NCBI GenBank assembly: GCA_000997355.1 | Contig: LCBS01000002.1 | Coordinates: forward strand, 11,144-54,983 | Length of the DNA stretch: 43,840 nt | Direction: 5' to 3' | Source of the DNA: a candidate division WWE3 bacterium GW2011_GWB1_41_6 | Lineage (GTDB): Bacteria > Patescibacteriota > WWE3 > UBA101185 > UBA10185 | Shown here: positions 16,988-27,259 of the stretch, one piece after another | How the letters are laid out: every line of letters starts with the position of its first letter | Position numbering within the stretch: the first letter of the stretch is position 1 | Notes under the pieces: generated by a model | The model's database searches: none | The model's input: the letters and a program-made list of their open reading frames with translations, nothing else | Told to the model about the DNA's origin: nothing | Position numbers and translations under genes: made by a program

Positions 16988-18447
16988 AACCTTTTTAAAA
17001 CGCTTAATTTCCTAAGCACGAATTGGAAATCCTCTTTATTGTAGAAACGGGCTATGTATGTTCCTGCTATATAAACACCTACCAAGACTATATATAAGGG
17101 TAATTTGATCCATATATTTTCTATGAACCCGATATAGGCTATCGCCAAACCTTCTACTAAAAGTAGAATATGGTCATGAGTTATGAACTTAAATTTCAGC
17201 CTGATTTGCGAAACTGAGATCAGAAGCGCGAAAGATAACAACGCGCCGACTACTAAACCGTAGGCCATAGCCTCAACACTTCCGAGATACATCCGCGCGG
17301 CAAAATAGAAAAGTGCAGTACCGGCTAATAGAACGATGAAACTTGCCACCATTTCTTTCACAAGCTTGGCGGGAATTATCACGCTGGATTTGATTATATT
17401 CACGAACGAATAAAACACGAACGCAAATACCAGGGGAAGTATCAGTGGCATGGACGGATCATATTTAGATCCCCCGACTGCAAGACGTACTATCTCAGGA
17501 GCCCAGAAAACCGCCGAACTTCCTGCAATAACAATAAATGCAAACAGTTTGTTGAAGTTCTGGGAAAATATTCCTTTAAATCCCTCTCTATCATGAACGT
17601 ACTTGTCCGAAAATACGGGTAAATTGACATCCGTTACCGCATCGGATACGTTCATCAGTTTTTTTGAGTAAAGAAGAGCGAATCCAAAATATCCTACAAT
17701 CTCAGCATCAACGCTCAGTCCGAGCAAATTAGGTCCGAGCTTTTCCCAGTTTGTGTAAATGATCTTTACAAGATAAATTCCGATACTAATAGAAAACAGC
17801 TCTCTGAATAACCTCTTGAAATCGTTCTTATCGGGAAGCTCCAACTCACCTCTCATTGGTTTGAATGCCAAATACGATAAGACAATCGTGGCAACAATAT
17901 TAAAACCAAGCAATGCGAAAAAATAACCGTTTACGCGGTACCGATATACAAGTGGAATATACAAAGCAACACTAACCAAGGCAATAAGCGCCTGGTACAG
18001 GAAAAGGTGCTTGAACCTCTTTGTTCCGGCGATCACCGAGTTCAATATACTTTGAAAACCCTGAAATAAAAGGACTACCGCGTAAAGTTTTAACGGAAAT
18101 GAGATTTCAGGGCTGCTGTATATATCTCCGGACAATTTATCGGAGTAGAAGAACAGGCCTATGGCTATTGGAATAGTAACGATATAACGGATTACTACTG
18201 AAGTTATAAAAATCTTAAAGATCTCCTTGTTATCTTTCGCCGCCGAAACTTCCCGCGTACTTGCGGATGCCAACCCCAAATGCTGATATATCCCAAGCGC
18301 CCCTCCAAGAGATACAGCCAGTTGCACCAAACCCCATTCCGGGACGGTAAGCAACCTGACGATAAAAAAGGATTGGATAATACCCAATGCCATCGCTGTA
18401 CCCCGGGATGCGAAGCTTATCACCTGCCATTTAGCAAGATCTCTCAT
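16984..18447 (-). CDS. Wzx-like oligosaccharide flippase
   Basis: 12-14 TMs, VRLLTVPEWG, HLGLASASTREVS, VGYFG, LPVFS. Confidence 0.82.
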   Translation of the reverse strand: MRDLAKWQVISFASRGTAMALGIIQSFFIVRLLTVPEWGLVQLAVSLGGALGIYQHLGLASASTREVSAAKDNKEIFKIFITSVVIRYIVTIPIAIGLFFYSDKLSGDIYSSPEISFPLKLYAVVLLFQGFQSILNSVIAGTKRFKHLFLYQALIALVSVALYIPLVYRYRVNGYFFALLGFNIVATIVLSYLAFKPMRGELELPDKNDFKRLFRELFSISIGIYLVKIIYTNWEKLGPNLLGLSVDAEIVGYFGFALLYSKKLMNVSDAVTDVNLPVFSDKYVHDREGFKGIFSQNFNKLFAFIVIAGSSAVFWAPEIVRLAVGGSKYDPSMPLILPLVFAFVFYSFVNIIKSSVIIPAKLVKEMVASFIVLLAGTALFYFAARMYLGSVEAMAYGLVVGALLSFALLISVSQIRLKFKFITHDHILLLVEGLAIAYIGFIENIWIKLPLYIVLVGVYIAGTYIARFYNKEDFQFVLRKLSVLKRF

Positions 18448-20537
18448 CTAACCTCCACCTCACCTAAGTAAATACTTCTTGTTCTGATTACATTAGAAAT
18501 TCCGGTAAAAACCTGATATTGCCCCGTATCAAGATACGATGGCAGGGCGAGTTCGTTAGTTTCAATGTAATAATGGTCTTCAACCCATTGGCCTAACTGA
18601 ATCAACCCGAACGACGGTAAAGTAGCCACCTGGTAAACTTCACCGGTATCCTTATGAATAAAGGAAAGGAACGAGAAGTAGTCATCCAGTGAATCATCGT
18701 CACGCTTGACGAATACAATCTGAGTCAGAGTAGGTTCTCCCCGGTTTATAACCTCGGGAATTTCATAATCAACAACGGTGAGAGAATTGAATATTTCATA
18801 ATCGAACTTTTCATCGTAAACGAATTTCTCCTGCAGAGGCAGAAGATCCGTTTTGTTGTGCGGGCCGACGTTCTTAAACACGAACAAATTACCGCACCCG
18901 GCCGATATCTGATAATCGGGATTCTTGATCAGATCTCCTACAACGTCGTTTACAAGGTCAAGATTAACATCCAGTATGGTAAGAATTTTCCTGGAGAAGA
19001 CATCCACAATCACGTAATCAGCTTCTTTATAGAGCGCGGGAAAGATCGCATATGTTTCGCGCATGGATAAATGTGCACCAAGGTAATCCGGCCCGGAAAC
19101 AGATGCATCACCTGGGATCATATCAATTACCTTTAAAGCACACTCTCTGTCCTTGTTCTCCAACGGTGTGATCTTAAAAACATCTCCGGGCTTGATGTCC
19201 TCATTCTTGATTATCTCTGTATCGGTCTTGGCAAAAGCGATGCCGGCTACCCTCTTTTGGACAGCTTGTGTAAACCATAGGTATACAGGGTTGTTGTAAG
19301 TATACGAAGTGTAAATGTTCGTGAACAAAATAAAAGCCGATACTCCAATAACAATATGCCTTCCTTTGATGCGATATTTTTTAAAATAGCTATCAGTTAG
19401 TGCGCCGAGAAATCCTATGGAAAATATCGTGGAGAGAAAGATTACCGGCACGATCATGGATATACGGTGATTGTTGATCTCGGCTGTCCCAATCCCGCCT
19501 GCAGTCGTAAGATAATTTATCAAAAAATCCGGAGCCGATATAACCAAAACCGCGGGGGATATGAATGGTAAATACCCTACGGGTTCAAAGGTCCGTCTCA
19601 GGTTATCCATCTTATCCCCGCCAAAGAATACTCTCACTAAAGTTTCCGGTTGGATAATCATATTGATTATTACTTCGCTATAAGAATCCCCAAACGCATC
19701 ATATCTGGATAAGAAATAATTAGGTTTAGTGACGTCCCGTGTCAGGTCGGACCCGATCCCAATCGTTTGCGCGAATCTCTCGTAACCTTCGATCCTATAG
19801 TGGGCATAGTAGGGAATTATTACAAAAAAATTAATAACAAACCAGATTATTCCTACTGCAAACATAGTAAACCCTAGTTTCTTGTTATTCCTGAAAAGCC
19901 AAATGAAAATCCCGTAAAGGGAAACATATAGAGGAAGTTGCTCTTTGCCAAATATTGTTAATACCAGCAAAGACCAAAATATAATTAAACCTTTTCCTGT
20001 GATACTCCCCATTTTGTACATTTTCTCGTAAAGATAAAAAGCTGCCAGAAAGAATGGTATTACAACCGTTACTCCGTGAAAACCTGTCCACGCCGTCAGA
20101 AAACCAACCGCGGGATAGAATAAGAATGCTACGCTAAGCAATAACGCTGCGGTACGGGACCCAAGTTCCAGTTCCGCGATCTTGTAGATTAAAAAGGCGC
20201 TGCCTATCACCAACACCAACTGAGACACTACTAAAGTCATAGGGTGCTGAAATAACGCAAAGATAGGCACAAACAATAAAAGTATAGGGTCGACGTGGCT
20301 CATTGACCAGCGGGGGAGGTTCGTTCCAAAATAATCGGTCATATATAAAACTCTTCCGTGAAGCGTATTCCAAACCATTTGGGTCATATTACCCAGATCG
20401 AACTTTCCGAAGTCGAAGTTATTGTAACGAAAAAAATTTATCCTTAGATTAACCAGCAACACGACTACGGAAACCGCGCTAAGTGTAATGATATGGATGT
20501 AAGATCTGATCAGATTTCTTATCTTTGTAAAGTTCAT
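18444..20537 (-). CDS. DUF2079-type GT-C membrane protein with a C-terminal soluble domain
   Basis: FDLGNMTQMVWNTLHG, HVDPIL, GFHGV, KEQ, IPGDASVS, ADYVIVD. Confidence 0.8.
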   Translation of the reverse strand: MNFTKIRNLIRSYIHIITLSAVSVVVLLVNLRINFFRYNNFDFGKFDLGNMTQMVWNTLHGRVLYMTDYFGTNLPRWSMSHVDPILLLFVPIFALFQHPMTLVVSQLVLVIGSAFLIYKIAELELGSRTAALLLSVAFLFYPAVGFLTAWTGFHGVTVVIPFFLAAFYLYEKMYKMGSITGKGLIIFWSLLVLTIFGKEQLPLYVSLYGIFIWLFRNNKKLGFTMFAVGIIWFVINFFVIIPYYAHYRIEGYERFAQTIGIGSDLTRDVTKPNYFLSRYDAFGDSYSEVIINMIIQPETLVRVFFGGDKMDNLRRTFEPVGYLPFISPAVLVISAPDFLINYLTTAGGIGTAEINNHRISMIVPVIFLSTIFSIGFLGALTDSYFKKYRIKGRHIVIGVSAFILFTNIYTSYTYNNPVYLWFTQAVQKRVAGIAFAKTDTEIIKNEDIKPGDVFKITPLENKDRECALKVIDMIPGDASVSGPDYLGAHLSMRETYAIFPALYKEADYVIVDVFSRKILTILDVNLDLVNDVVGDLIKNPDYQISAGCGNLFVFKNVGPHNKTDLLPLQEKFVYDEKFDYEIFNSLTVVDYEIPEVINRGEPTLTQIVFVKRDDDSLDDYFSFLSFIHKDTGEVYQVATLPSFGLIQLGQWVEDHYYIETNELALPSYLDTGQYQVFTGISNVIRTRSIYLGEVEVR

Positions 20538-20552
20538 ATTTTGTAATGCGCC

Positions 20553-21239
20553 TTAGTCAACAAACCTATATTTGATCAAAGTGTAAAGCGCTGAGATACC
20601 GTCTTTCCAGGTGATCTTCTTGCCTTCACTGAAACTTCTTCCTTTATAGCTGATGGGAACTTCCCTGATCCTCATTTTGGATTTTAATATCTTTGCGGTG
20701 ATCTCAGGTTCGAAATTAAACCGTGATGACCTTATATTTATATTGCGTACAAAATCCCCGGGCAAAAGTTTGTAACAGGTTTCCATATCGGTCAGAAGTA
20801 CTCCGTATAGAACATTGGTAACCAATGTCAAAAGTTTGTTTCCCCAATAATGCAAACTGGACATATCCTCATAGTTCCCTGAAAAACGTGAGCCGTATAC
20901 CACACTTACATTTTCCTCTTCAAGTCCTCTGATAAGTTTTAAATAATCCTGAGGGTCATATTCCAAGTCGGCATCCTGCACGATCACATAATCTCCTGTC
21001 GTCTGTTTAAAACCATCCCGCAGTGCCGCTCCTTTGCCCTCGTTTGTTTTCTTGAAAAAAATCTTAAGGTCGGGCTGATCATTCCCTATCTGTCTTAAGA
21101 TACCTATGGAACCATCGGTAGAAGCATCGTCGACTAGAATAATCTCCACATCCAAACCTTCAACTGCTTTCACTTTTTCGATGATCTCTTTTAATGTGGT
21201 TTTTTCGTTATAAACCGGTATTACTACAGAAAGTTTCAT
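20553..21239 (-). CDS. GT2, polyprenol-phosphate glycosyltransferase (DPM/ArnC-like)
   Basis: SVVIPVYNE, DDASTDG, GKGAALRDG, QDADLEYDP, GSRF, DMETCYK, GKKITWKDG. Confidence 0.92.
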   Translation of the reverse strand: MKLSVVIPVYNEKTTLKEIIEKVKAVEGLDVEIILVDDASTDGSIGILRQIGNDQPDLKIFFKKTNEGKGAALRDGFKQTTGDYVIVQDADLEYDPQDYLKLIRGLEEENVSVVYGSRFSGNYEDMSSLHYWGNKLLTLVTNVLYGVLLTDMETCYKLLPGDFVRNINIRSSRFNFEPEITAKILKSKMRIREVPISYKGRSFSEGKKITWKDGISALYTLIKYRFVD

Positions 21240-21272
21240 GAAGCGGCTTTCTAGTACAATGTCGTACCTAAG

Positions 21273-22844
21273 TTACAGCACTCGTACAATTTTAGCAAAA
21301 AATACCTTGCCATTTACTTCGTACTCAAAATTCCTGATCTCATCCAGATACGGCCTTTGATTTATATCCAGCGTCATATCGGTGTTATGTTCGTTGGTCA
21401 GGATCAGGTAATCAAATCCCAGTTCTTTTAGCCTGGATTCCTCAAGGTCAGCTTTTTTATCATATGGGTAAAAGACACCACGCACCTTTTCATTTGCACG
21501 GCGGTCGTTCAAATACCAGTTCGAGACGCTGCTAACGTCGTTATAGGCAATCAAACCTTCGAGGTTTTCTGATGCGTACTCAGTTGCGTTCTTAATTGAA
21601 ATAAAGTTATCTTTATGAAGCCAAATTGTCGCTCCTGACCAGATCATTAATGTTATAAAGGTACTAAAAACGAACAAATTATATTTTCTATTTAATATAG
21701 AATGAACGGAGAAGAGATATATCAGGAGCACGAGCAGAAGCAGAGGTTTATACAGCACTAAAAACTGCAGTTTCAAAAAGTACTGGGATAGGGGATAGAT
21801 CACTATCAACGTCGTTAAACCTAGTAGGGGAGTGAGAGGTGTTTTTTGGAGTTGGTCAAAATAGGTACGTGCTGAAACCGCCAAAAATATTATCAAAAAA
21901 GGAATTACCGGAACAAATAACCTCGGAACCGCAGCAGGCCACAATAATACCAGAATTAGCTCTATTAACACGAAAACCCCGATCCCTATATCCCCTACCG
22001 CTAACGAAAAAATCTTATGGATGTCGTTAAATATGAAATACCACGCCCATATAACACCAAAAACAAATAGCATAGAGATTACAAATATAGCTAATGTTTT
22101 TAAATCATAAGCACGGGAGGAAGGCTCATCAAAATAACTTGAGCTCAAAGGGTTCCTATAGAACCAGTAAGGCGATACAGTCGCAAAAAATCCCGCAATG
22201 TATCCGGTTAATAAGGGCAAACGTTTAAGAAAATCTTGTTTGGATAGAATATCAACAATTCTAAACTTCTCTGCAAAATAGATGCCCAGAGCCAGTGAGC
22301 CAAAGAGAATATAACCCTCAAATCTTGTGAGTATGGATAAACCCGCAATAATTCCTAAAACCGCGGCAAGACGTATGTTCATACTATCCTTGTGCTTTTC
22401 TAGCAGGTAGAACGCAAGCATTACCAATAAAGTAAACGGTACATCCGCGTAAATGCGTAACGACCAGTACAGATAAACAGGATTAAGAGCAAAAAGCAGC
22501 AGGGCAAGATTTTTGTATTTATCTTCTTTTAAATATAGCTGCGTTAGTTTGTAAAACACCCCAAATGAAGCGATACTGACAGACAGCATAAAGATCCTAC
22601 CCCAAAGTATCTGGTCAACACTTCCGGGACGCAATGCAAGCAGTACCGAAAATAGGGGCGGTCTCTTTTCATCAGCAGGGTAATTTAAATTCCTGATATA
22701 CTCAGAAGCCCGTAGTATACGGTAGCTATCCCCCCACTCAGCGGTATTTACATTAAGTAGCAGTAAATGGGTTAACAAAAAAAGTAGAAAAACCAAGACA
22801 GTTTTATTTTTTAATACATTTTTAAGCATTGTATAAAAGGGCAT
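21273..22844 (-). CDS. ArnT/PMT-like GT-C membrane glycosyltransferase
   Basis: EWGDS acidic loop, KRPPLF, NPVYLYWSLRIYADVPF, LTRFEG. TAATG stop/start overlap with the upstream GT4. Confidence 0.8.
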   Translation of the reverse strand: MPFYTMLKNVLKNKTVLVFLLFLLTHLLLLNVNTAEWGDSYRILRASEYIRNLNYPADEKRPPLFSVLLALRPGSVDQILWGRIFMLSVSIASFGVFYKLTQLYLKEDKYKNLALLLFALNPVYLYWSLRIYADVPFTLLVMLAFYLLEKHKDSMNIRLAAVLGIIAGLSILTRFEGYILFGSLALGIYFAEKFRIVDILSKQDFLKRLPLLTGYIAGFFATVSPYWFYRNPLSSSYFDEPSSRAYDLKTLAIFVISMLFVFGVIWAWYFIFNDIHKIFSLAVGDIGIGVFVLIELILVLLWPAAVPRLFVPVIPFLIIFLAVSARTYFDQLQKTPLTPLLGLTTLIVIYPLSQYFLKLQFLVLYKPLLLLVLLIYLFSVHSILNRKYNLFVFSTFITLMIWSGATIWLHKDNFISIKNATEYASENLEGLIAYNDVSSVSNWYLNDRRANEKVRGVFYPYDKKADLEESRLKELGFDYLILTNEHNTDMTLDINQRPYLDEIRNFEYEVNGKVFFAKIVRVL

Positions 22845-23980
22845 TAACTTCCGGTTACCTTCTCAAATACGCTCAACGTTTCACGTGCGGTATTCTCCCA
22901 GGTGCGGTGGGCGGCAATTTCTTTAGCTTTTTCGACCATCCCCTGGTTATATTCCCCATGCATGAGAGACTTAACTTTATTTTTTATATCTTCCGCGTCT
23001 TCCGGATTCACGTACCATACACTATCACCTGCCAGTTCCGTATATGCTTCAATACTTGACACTATCGCAGGAACTTCGGACGCCATAGCCTCGAGCAAAG
23101 GCAATCCAAAGCCTTCTTCAAAAGAGGTACTAACATATGCCCTCGCTCCGGACAGTAAAGGCGGCAGATCGCTATCCTCTACTCTTCCAAGAAATAATAC
23201 ATTATTTTGAACATGGAAACGCTCCGGAGCCCTAAGCGATTCCTCATAATCCCATCCCTTTTTCCCCACAACCACCAACTTAAAATCCATTCCACCCAAT
23301 TCCTTTAAGGCCAGCGAGAAACCTTCTATCAACTTCGGGAGGTTTTTCCTGGGCTGGATTGTGGAAATGAATAAAAGATAACGGCCGGTTAGTCCATACC
23401 TTTCACGGACGGTACTGATTTCTTCATCGGGATATTTTCGGAATATACCACTGACCCCTTCGGGTACAACTGTAATTTTCGATTCCGGTATCCCCCAATT
23501 CTTTTCAAGTATCATTTTTCTGGTGTGGTTAGAAGGTACTATCAATATCTCTGCGTATTTTGCAACAAACCATTCTGGTTTTCCCAAAGATAATTTCCTG
23601 ATCAAGTTTCCTGAAGTTCCGGCATAGTTATATTCCAAACCATGGATCATTCCCACTGTCTTCATTCCGGGTTTTCTGATCATAGGCATTGTATGAACCG
23701 CCGTAAAAAATACATCGGGTGTGTCTCTATAAAGAGCTTTCATCAATCCTGTCTGCGTCCACGATAAACTCTTATCTATAACTTTGTAAGAAAAGTTGGG
23801 ATTCTCATCTGTAAGATTTTGCCAAAAGACCGCGTCAGGTTCAGCGGGAAAATACAGGGTGTATAAGTTCGTGTTATCTGCTTCTGCCAAAGCGCGTATC
23901 AGGTTTATGGTATATAGTTCGGGACCGGCAGGTTCGTTAGTGAGCAGCATCTGTCCGTTAATCCCAATTTTCTTCTGCAT
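22844..23980 (-). CDS. GT4 glycosyltransferase (mannosyltransferase-like)
   Basis: TIQPRKNL, EEGFGLPLLEAMA (EX7E motif). Confidence 0.92.
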   Translation of the reverse strand: MQKKIGINGQMLLTNEPAGPELYTINLIRALAEADNTNLYTLYFPAEPDAVFWQNLTDENPNFSYKVIDKSLSWTQTGLMKALYRDTPDVFFTAVHTMPMIRKPGMKTVGMIHGLEYNYAGTSGNLIRKLSLGKPEWFVAKYAEILIVPSNHTRKMILEKNWGIPESKITVVPEGVSGIFRKYPDEEISTVRERYGLTGRYLLFISTIQPRKNLPKLIEGFSLALKELGGMDFKLVVVGKKGWDYEESLRAPERFHVQNNVLFLGRVEDSDLPPLLSGARAYVSTSFEEGFGLPLLEAMASEVPAIVSSIEAYTELAGDSVWYVNPEDAEDIKNKVKSLMHGEYNQGMVEKAKEIAAHRTWENTARETLSVFEKVTGS

Positions 23981-23986
23981 AACGCA

Positions 23987-23992
23987 ATTATA
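23987..23992 (-). promoter_or_regulatory. -10 element TATAAT, probable leaderless promoter
   Basis: Perfect consensus 6 nt upstream of ATG 23980. Confidence 0.62.
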
Positions 23993-24055
23993 GACGTTGC
24001 GGCCGAACCTAGCTACACTTACCGCCTCAACCCACGTAATTTATAACAACCGGCG

Positions 24056-24064
24056 TGATAAAAT
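24056..24064 (+). promoter_or_regulatory. Extended -10 element TGaTAAAAT, probable leaderless promoter
   Basis: Lies 6 nt upstream of ATG 24071. Confidence 0.62.
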
Positions 24065-24070
24065 AGTCGT

Positions 24071-25207
24071 ATGAGAACTATCGGAATAGATGCCAGATTT
24101 TACGGTGAGGCCGGGCCGGGCAGGTACGTTAAATCCATAATCCAACACCTGGAAAGATCGGATAACGTAAATATGTACATCGTATTCCTTAGGGATAGGG
24201 GTATGGATGATTACATTCCGCAGAACCCGAACTTTAAAAAAGTCCGCGCTCATTTCAAGTGGTATTCCTTCGAAGAGCAAGTCAATTTCCTTTTTTTGCT
24301 CCTAAGACAAAACCTGGATATTTTATACATACCTCATTTTAATATTCCTATCCTCTACCCCGGTAAACTGGTAACGGCTATTCCTGACATTATAATGCAC
24401 ACATACAGTACAGAAAAAGGCACGACTTTACCTAAACCATACTTTAGATTTAAAAAATGGGTTTACAAAATGGTTGTACTTTGGGCGACTTTCCGTTCAA
24501 AGAAAGTTATTGTTCCGTCAAACGATACTCTTAACGATTTCAGAAAAGTATATCCTTTTATTTCCAAACAAAAGTACGTCCTTGCACCTGAAGGCGTAGA
24601 CCCCGAACTACTAACACAGACAACGGGCGAGCCCACGGAAGTTCTGGCAAAGCACGGTATTGAAAAACCTTTTCTACTGTATATAAGCAGTTTTTACGAA
24701 CACAAGAACGTACCGGCGCTACTGGGTGCATTCAAAATCTTAACGGAACAATATAATTTCACCGGACAATTAGTTTTAATAGGAAAAAAGGATAAATTTT
24801 CAGAAGAGATAGAAAAGCAGATCAAAGAAAAAGGGTTGTACGGACGTGTTCTGATGCCGGGTTCCACAAGCTATGTAACGGATACAGATACAGTGGTTTT
24901 GCGCAAGGAAGCCGAAGTGTACGTCTTTCCGTCATTAAAAGAAGGTTTCAGCCTGACACCGATGGAGGCGCAGGCTTTCAGTCTGGCTGCGGTCATATCA
25001 GACATTCCATGCCACCGTGAGATCTACGGAGACTCAGTTCTTTATTTTGACCCTCACAACCCTCATGAAATTGCGGAGCGGATCAACCAGGTTCTATTAG
25101 ACACCAACTTAAAACAACAGCTAATCGAAAAAGGCTCTGAACTGATTAATAAATATAATTGGAATGAGACAGCCCGTATTACTAAGGAAGTATTCAATGA
25201 GGTATAA
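24071..25207 (+). CDS. GT4 glycosyltransferase
   Basis: IGIDAR, GPGRY, HKNV, FPSLKEGFSLTPMEA. Confidence 0.92.
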   Translation: MRTIGIDARFYGEAGPGRYVKSIIQHLERSDNVNMYIVFLRDRGMDDYIPQNPNFKKVRAHFKWYSFEEQVNFLFLLLRQNLDILYIPHFNIPILYPGKLVTAIPDIIMHTYSTEKGTTLPKPYFRFKKWVYKMVVLWATFRSKKVIVPSNDTLNDFRKVYPFISKQKYVLAPEGVDPELLTQTTGEPTEVLAKHGIEKPFLLYISSFYEHKNVPALLGAFKILTEQYNFTGQLVLIGKKDKFSEEIEKQIKEKGLYGRVLMPGSTSYVTDTDTVVLRKEAEVYVFPSLKEGFSLTPMEAQAFSLAAVISDIPCHREIYGDSVLYFDPHNPHEIAERINQVLLDTNLKQQLIEKGSELINKYNWNETARITKEVFNEV

Positions 25208-26387
25208 TCTTTGAATAGATGGTCTCTATCTCCTTAACTTTTACTTTCCAGGAATAAAACCTCTCTATCTCATACCTATCTACCTGCACGGGATTTTCCA
25301 CAATCTCTCTGATCCGCTGAGCTATAGTTTCCGGTTGAGGATCATCCAGATAATAAAGTCCCTGTATATCATTCTTTGCCCTGAAACCCGAGACCAAAGC
25401 AGGAATTCCGCAAGCTAAACTTTGCATCACAACTTTAGGAAACCCTTCCCAGCTTGATGGCAGCACAAATATATCAGATACCTGAAAAGCAATAGGTGTT
25501 TGAGGGTATGGTGTATAACCTCCGCGGACCACACGCTCTTCTAAATGCATATCTTTGATCATTTTATCCAAACGCAGTAAATATTCATTATCCCCCGGCC
25601 CGATAAGCAAAAGTTTGTAGACATCAGGTAGATATTTTAATGACTCAATTAAAAGATGGACGTTCTTGCGTTCCAGCATCACCCCATGGTTAACAATAAC
25701 AATATCCTGACGGTCCAGGTCAAGTTCGTATTTTGATTTTTCACGTTCCTCTGCACCTACGGGTCTAAAAATATCCGTGTTAACTCCGGACTCCACGACA
25801 AAGCACTTAGCAGGATCGGCACCGTATAAATCTATGGCATCCTTCATATTCTCTTCGCTGACAAAAATACAGGCGGAAGCAGTATGTACGGCCATCCGAT
25901 TCGCAAACTTCTCGAACGGCCATGACAGGTACTTTGAGTGTGTTTTTACATCTATATTCTTTTCCTCGGCAGCTTTTTCCCTCATCGCAGCAACATTATG
26001 AAAATGAACTACAAGAGGTGTTTTAAGTTCAGCCGCCCTCCGGTAAATTTTCTGCAGTAAAAATCTGTAAAAATATATCCAGATCCCAAAATGACCGTGT
26101 GAATGTATCAGATCTACTTTATTACCTTCTTCCGCCCTCCAATATAAATAATAGAAGAACATCAATAGTGAGGTAGTCAGTGGCAGTGTTCCGGGAAGCG
26201 GTTCCCTTACAAAAGGGTATATATCGGTGTTTGGCAGTCTTTCCCGCTGACCTGCTTTTGGCCAATGACCGCAAAACAACACAAATGAATGACCCAATTG
26301 CGTCTGCGCACTAGTTATTTCATAAGGATGCGGCGCGAGTCCGTGCCAGGGAGGCGGCCAGTCATATACAATTCTTAGTATCTTCAT
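25194..26387 (-). CDS. GT4 glycosyltransferase
   Basis: DLIHSH, SGVNTDIF, RKNV, LPSSWEGFPKVVMQSLACG. Confidence 0.9.
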   Translation of the reverse strand: MKILRIVYDWPPPWHGLAPHPYEITSAQTQLGHSFVLFCGHWPKAGQRERLPNTDIYPFVREPLPGTLPLTTSLLMFFYYLYWRAEEGNKVDLIHSHGHFGIWIYFYRFLLQKIYRRAAELKTPLVVHFHNVAAMREKAAEEKNIDVKTHSKYLSWPFEKFANRMAVHTASACIFVSEENMKDAIDLYGADPAKCFVVESGVNTDIFRPVGAEEREKSKYELDLDRQDIVIVNHGVMLERKNVHLLIESLKYLPDVYKLLLIGPGDNEYLLRLDKMIKDMHLEERVVRGGYTPYPQTPIAFQVSDIFVLPSSWEGFPKVVMQSLACGIPALVSGFRAKNDIQGLYYLDDPQPETIAQRIREIVENPVQVDRYEIERFYSWKVKVKEIETIYSKIIPH

Positions 26388-26392
26388 TTATG

Positions 26393-27259
26393 TTACTCCT
26401 TAAGCAGAAATACATCACCGTTCTTTAAACCGTATTCATCAATTATACCCCCGTTAACTGCGATAACGGCTTTGGAACGGGTTCTTGCTTCGATATAAGG
26501 GGAAATGTTGTCGGCACTGGTCGGACCTACTTTTGTATGGTAATCAACTATATTAAAAGTTCCGTCCAGAAAGATCAGGTCCATAGTGATTTTGGTCTTG
26601 CGTACATAAAAACCGTAATAATCCATGGCATCTCCTATATAAACTATGCCGGTTCCCTCAGGTAAATTTTCAGCTTCCGTCAACAAATCTTCGAACTGTT
26701 CAAGGCTTACTACCCTGTTTAGTTCCCACATCTTATCCTTGACCGTAAAGTTAATGGTATTTTTCACGTTGCTTAGGTACGTTTCCGCGACGAAATCCAT
26801 TGTATCAGCAAATACTACCTCCTGATAACTACCGCTCTCTTTGTTCATACTCCTAATCTCTATTTTGATAGCATCTGACTTCCTTAGCTCCTCCTTGCCG
26901 ATTGTAACGGGAAAGTTCACAAGAAAAGTAATCTCAGGCTTATCCATCGAAAAATTCCTTCTTTCAACGAACTTCACCACACCCTTCTCTTTATTCCACA
27001 AATATGTGGTCATTTGGTATTGCTCACTGTCTGCGGGAAGGTTCCGAAAGTTCACCGATAAAGCGTATATATCAGGGAATGAACTCCTTTTTTCAAAATC
27101 GGTTATCGATATCTCGATATTTATATACTTATTTTTATCTTCCTTGGTACGAAGAGTGCCGTTATCTCCGTATAAATACAAAAATATGGCAAAACCGACA
27201 CCGGCAATTATACCTATAATTATGATAAATATTAGAAGTTTTTTAAGTAGATAGAACAT
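26393..27259 (-). CDS. Membrane-anchored protein with a degenerate C-terminal DUF192 domain
   Basis: N-terminal TM. The C-terminus GFYVRKTKITMDLIFLD...VIAVNGG...GLKNGD parallels the DUF192 pattern FWMKNT.PLD.IF.D...VLE..AG...G...GD. Confidence 0.6.
   Translation of the reverse strand: MFYLLKKLLIFIIIIGIIAGVGFAIFLYLYGDNGTLRTKEDKNKYINIEISITDFEKRSSFPDIYALSVNFRNLPADSEQYQMTTYLWNKEKGVVKFVERRNFSMDKPEITFLVNFPVTIGKEELRKSDAIKIEIRSMNKESGSYQEVVFADTMDFVAETYLSNVKNTINFTVKDKMWELNRVVSLEQFEDLLTEAENLPEGTGIVYIGDAMDYYGFYVRKTKITMDLIFLDGTFNIVDYHTKVGPTSADNISPYIEARTRSKAVIAVNGGIIDEYGLKNGDVFLLKE

Noticed and set aside
25194-26387. GT4 inactivated because EX7E reads EGFPKVVMQ
   Set aside because: The ORF is intact, the first Glu is retained, and the second position varies among GT4 enzymes. 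The evidence is insufficient.
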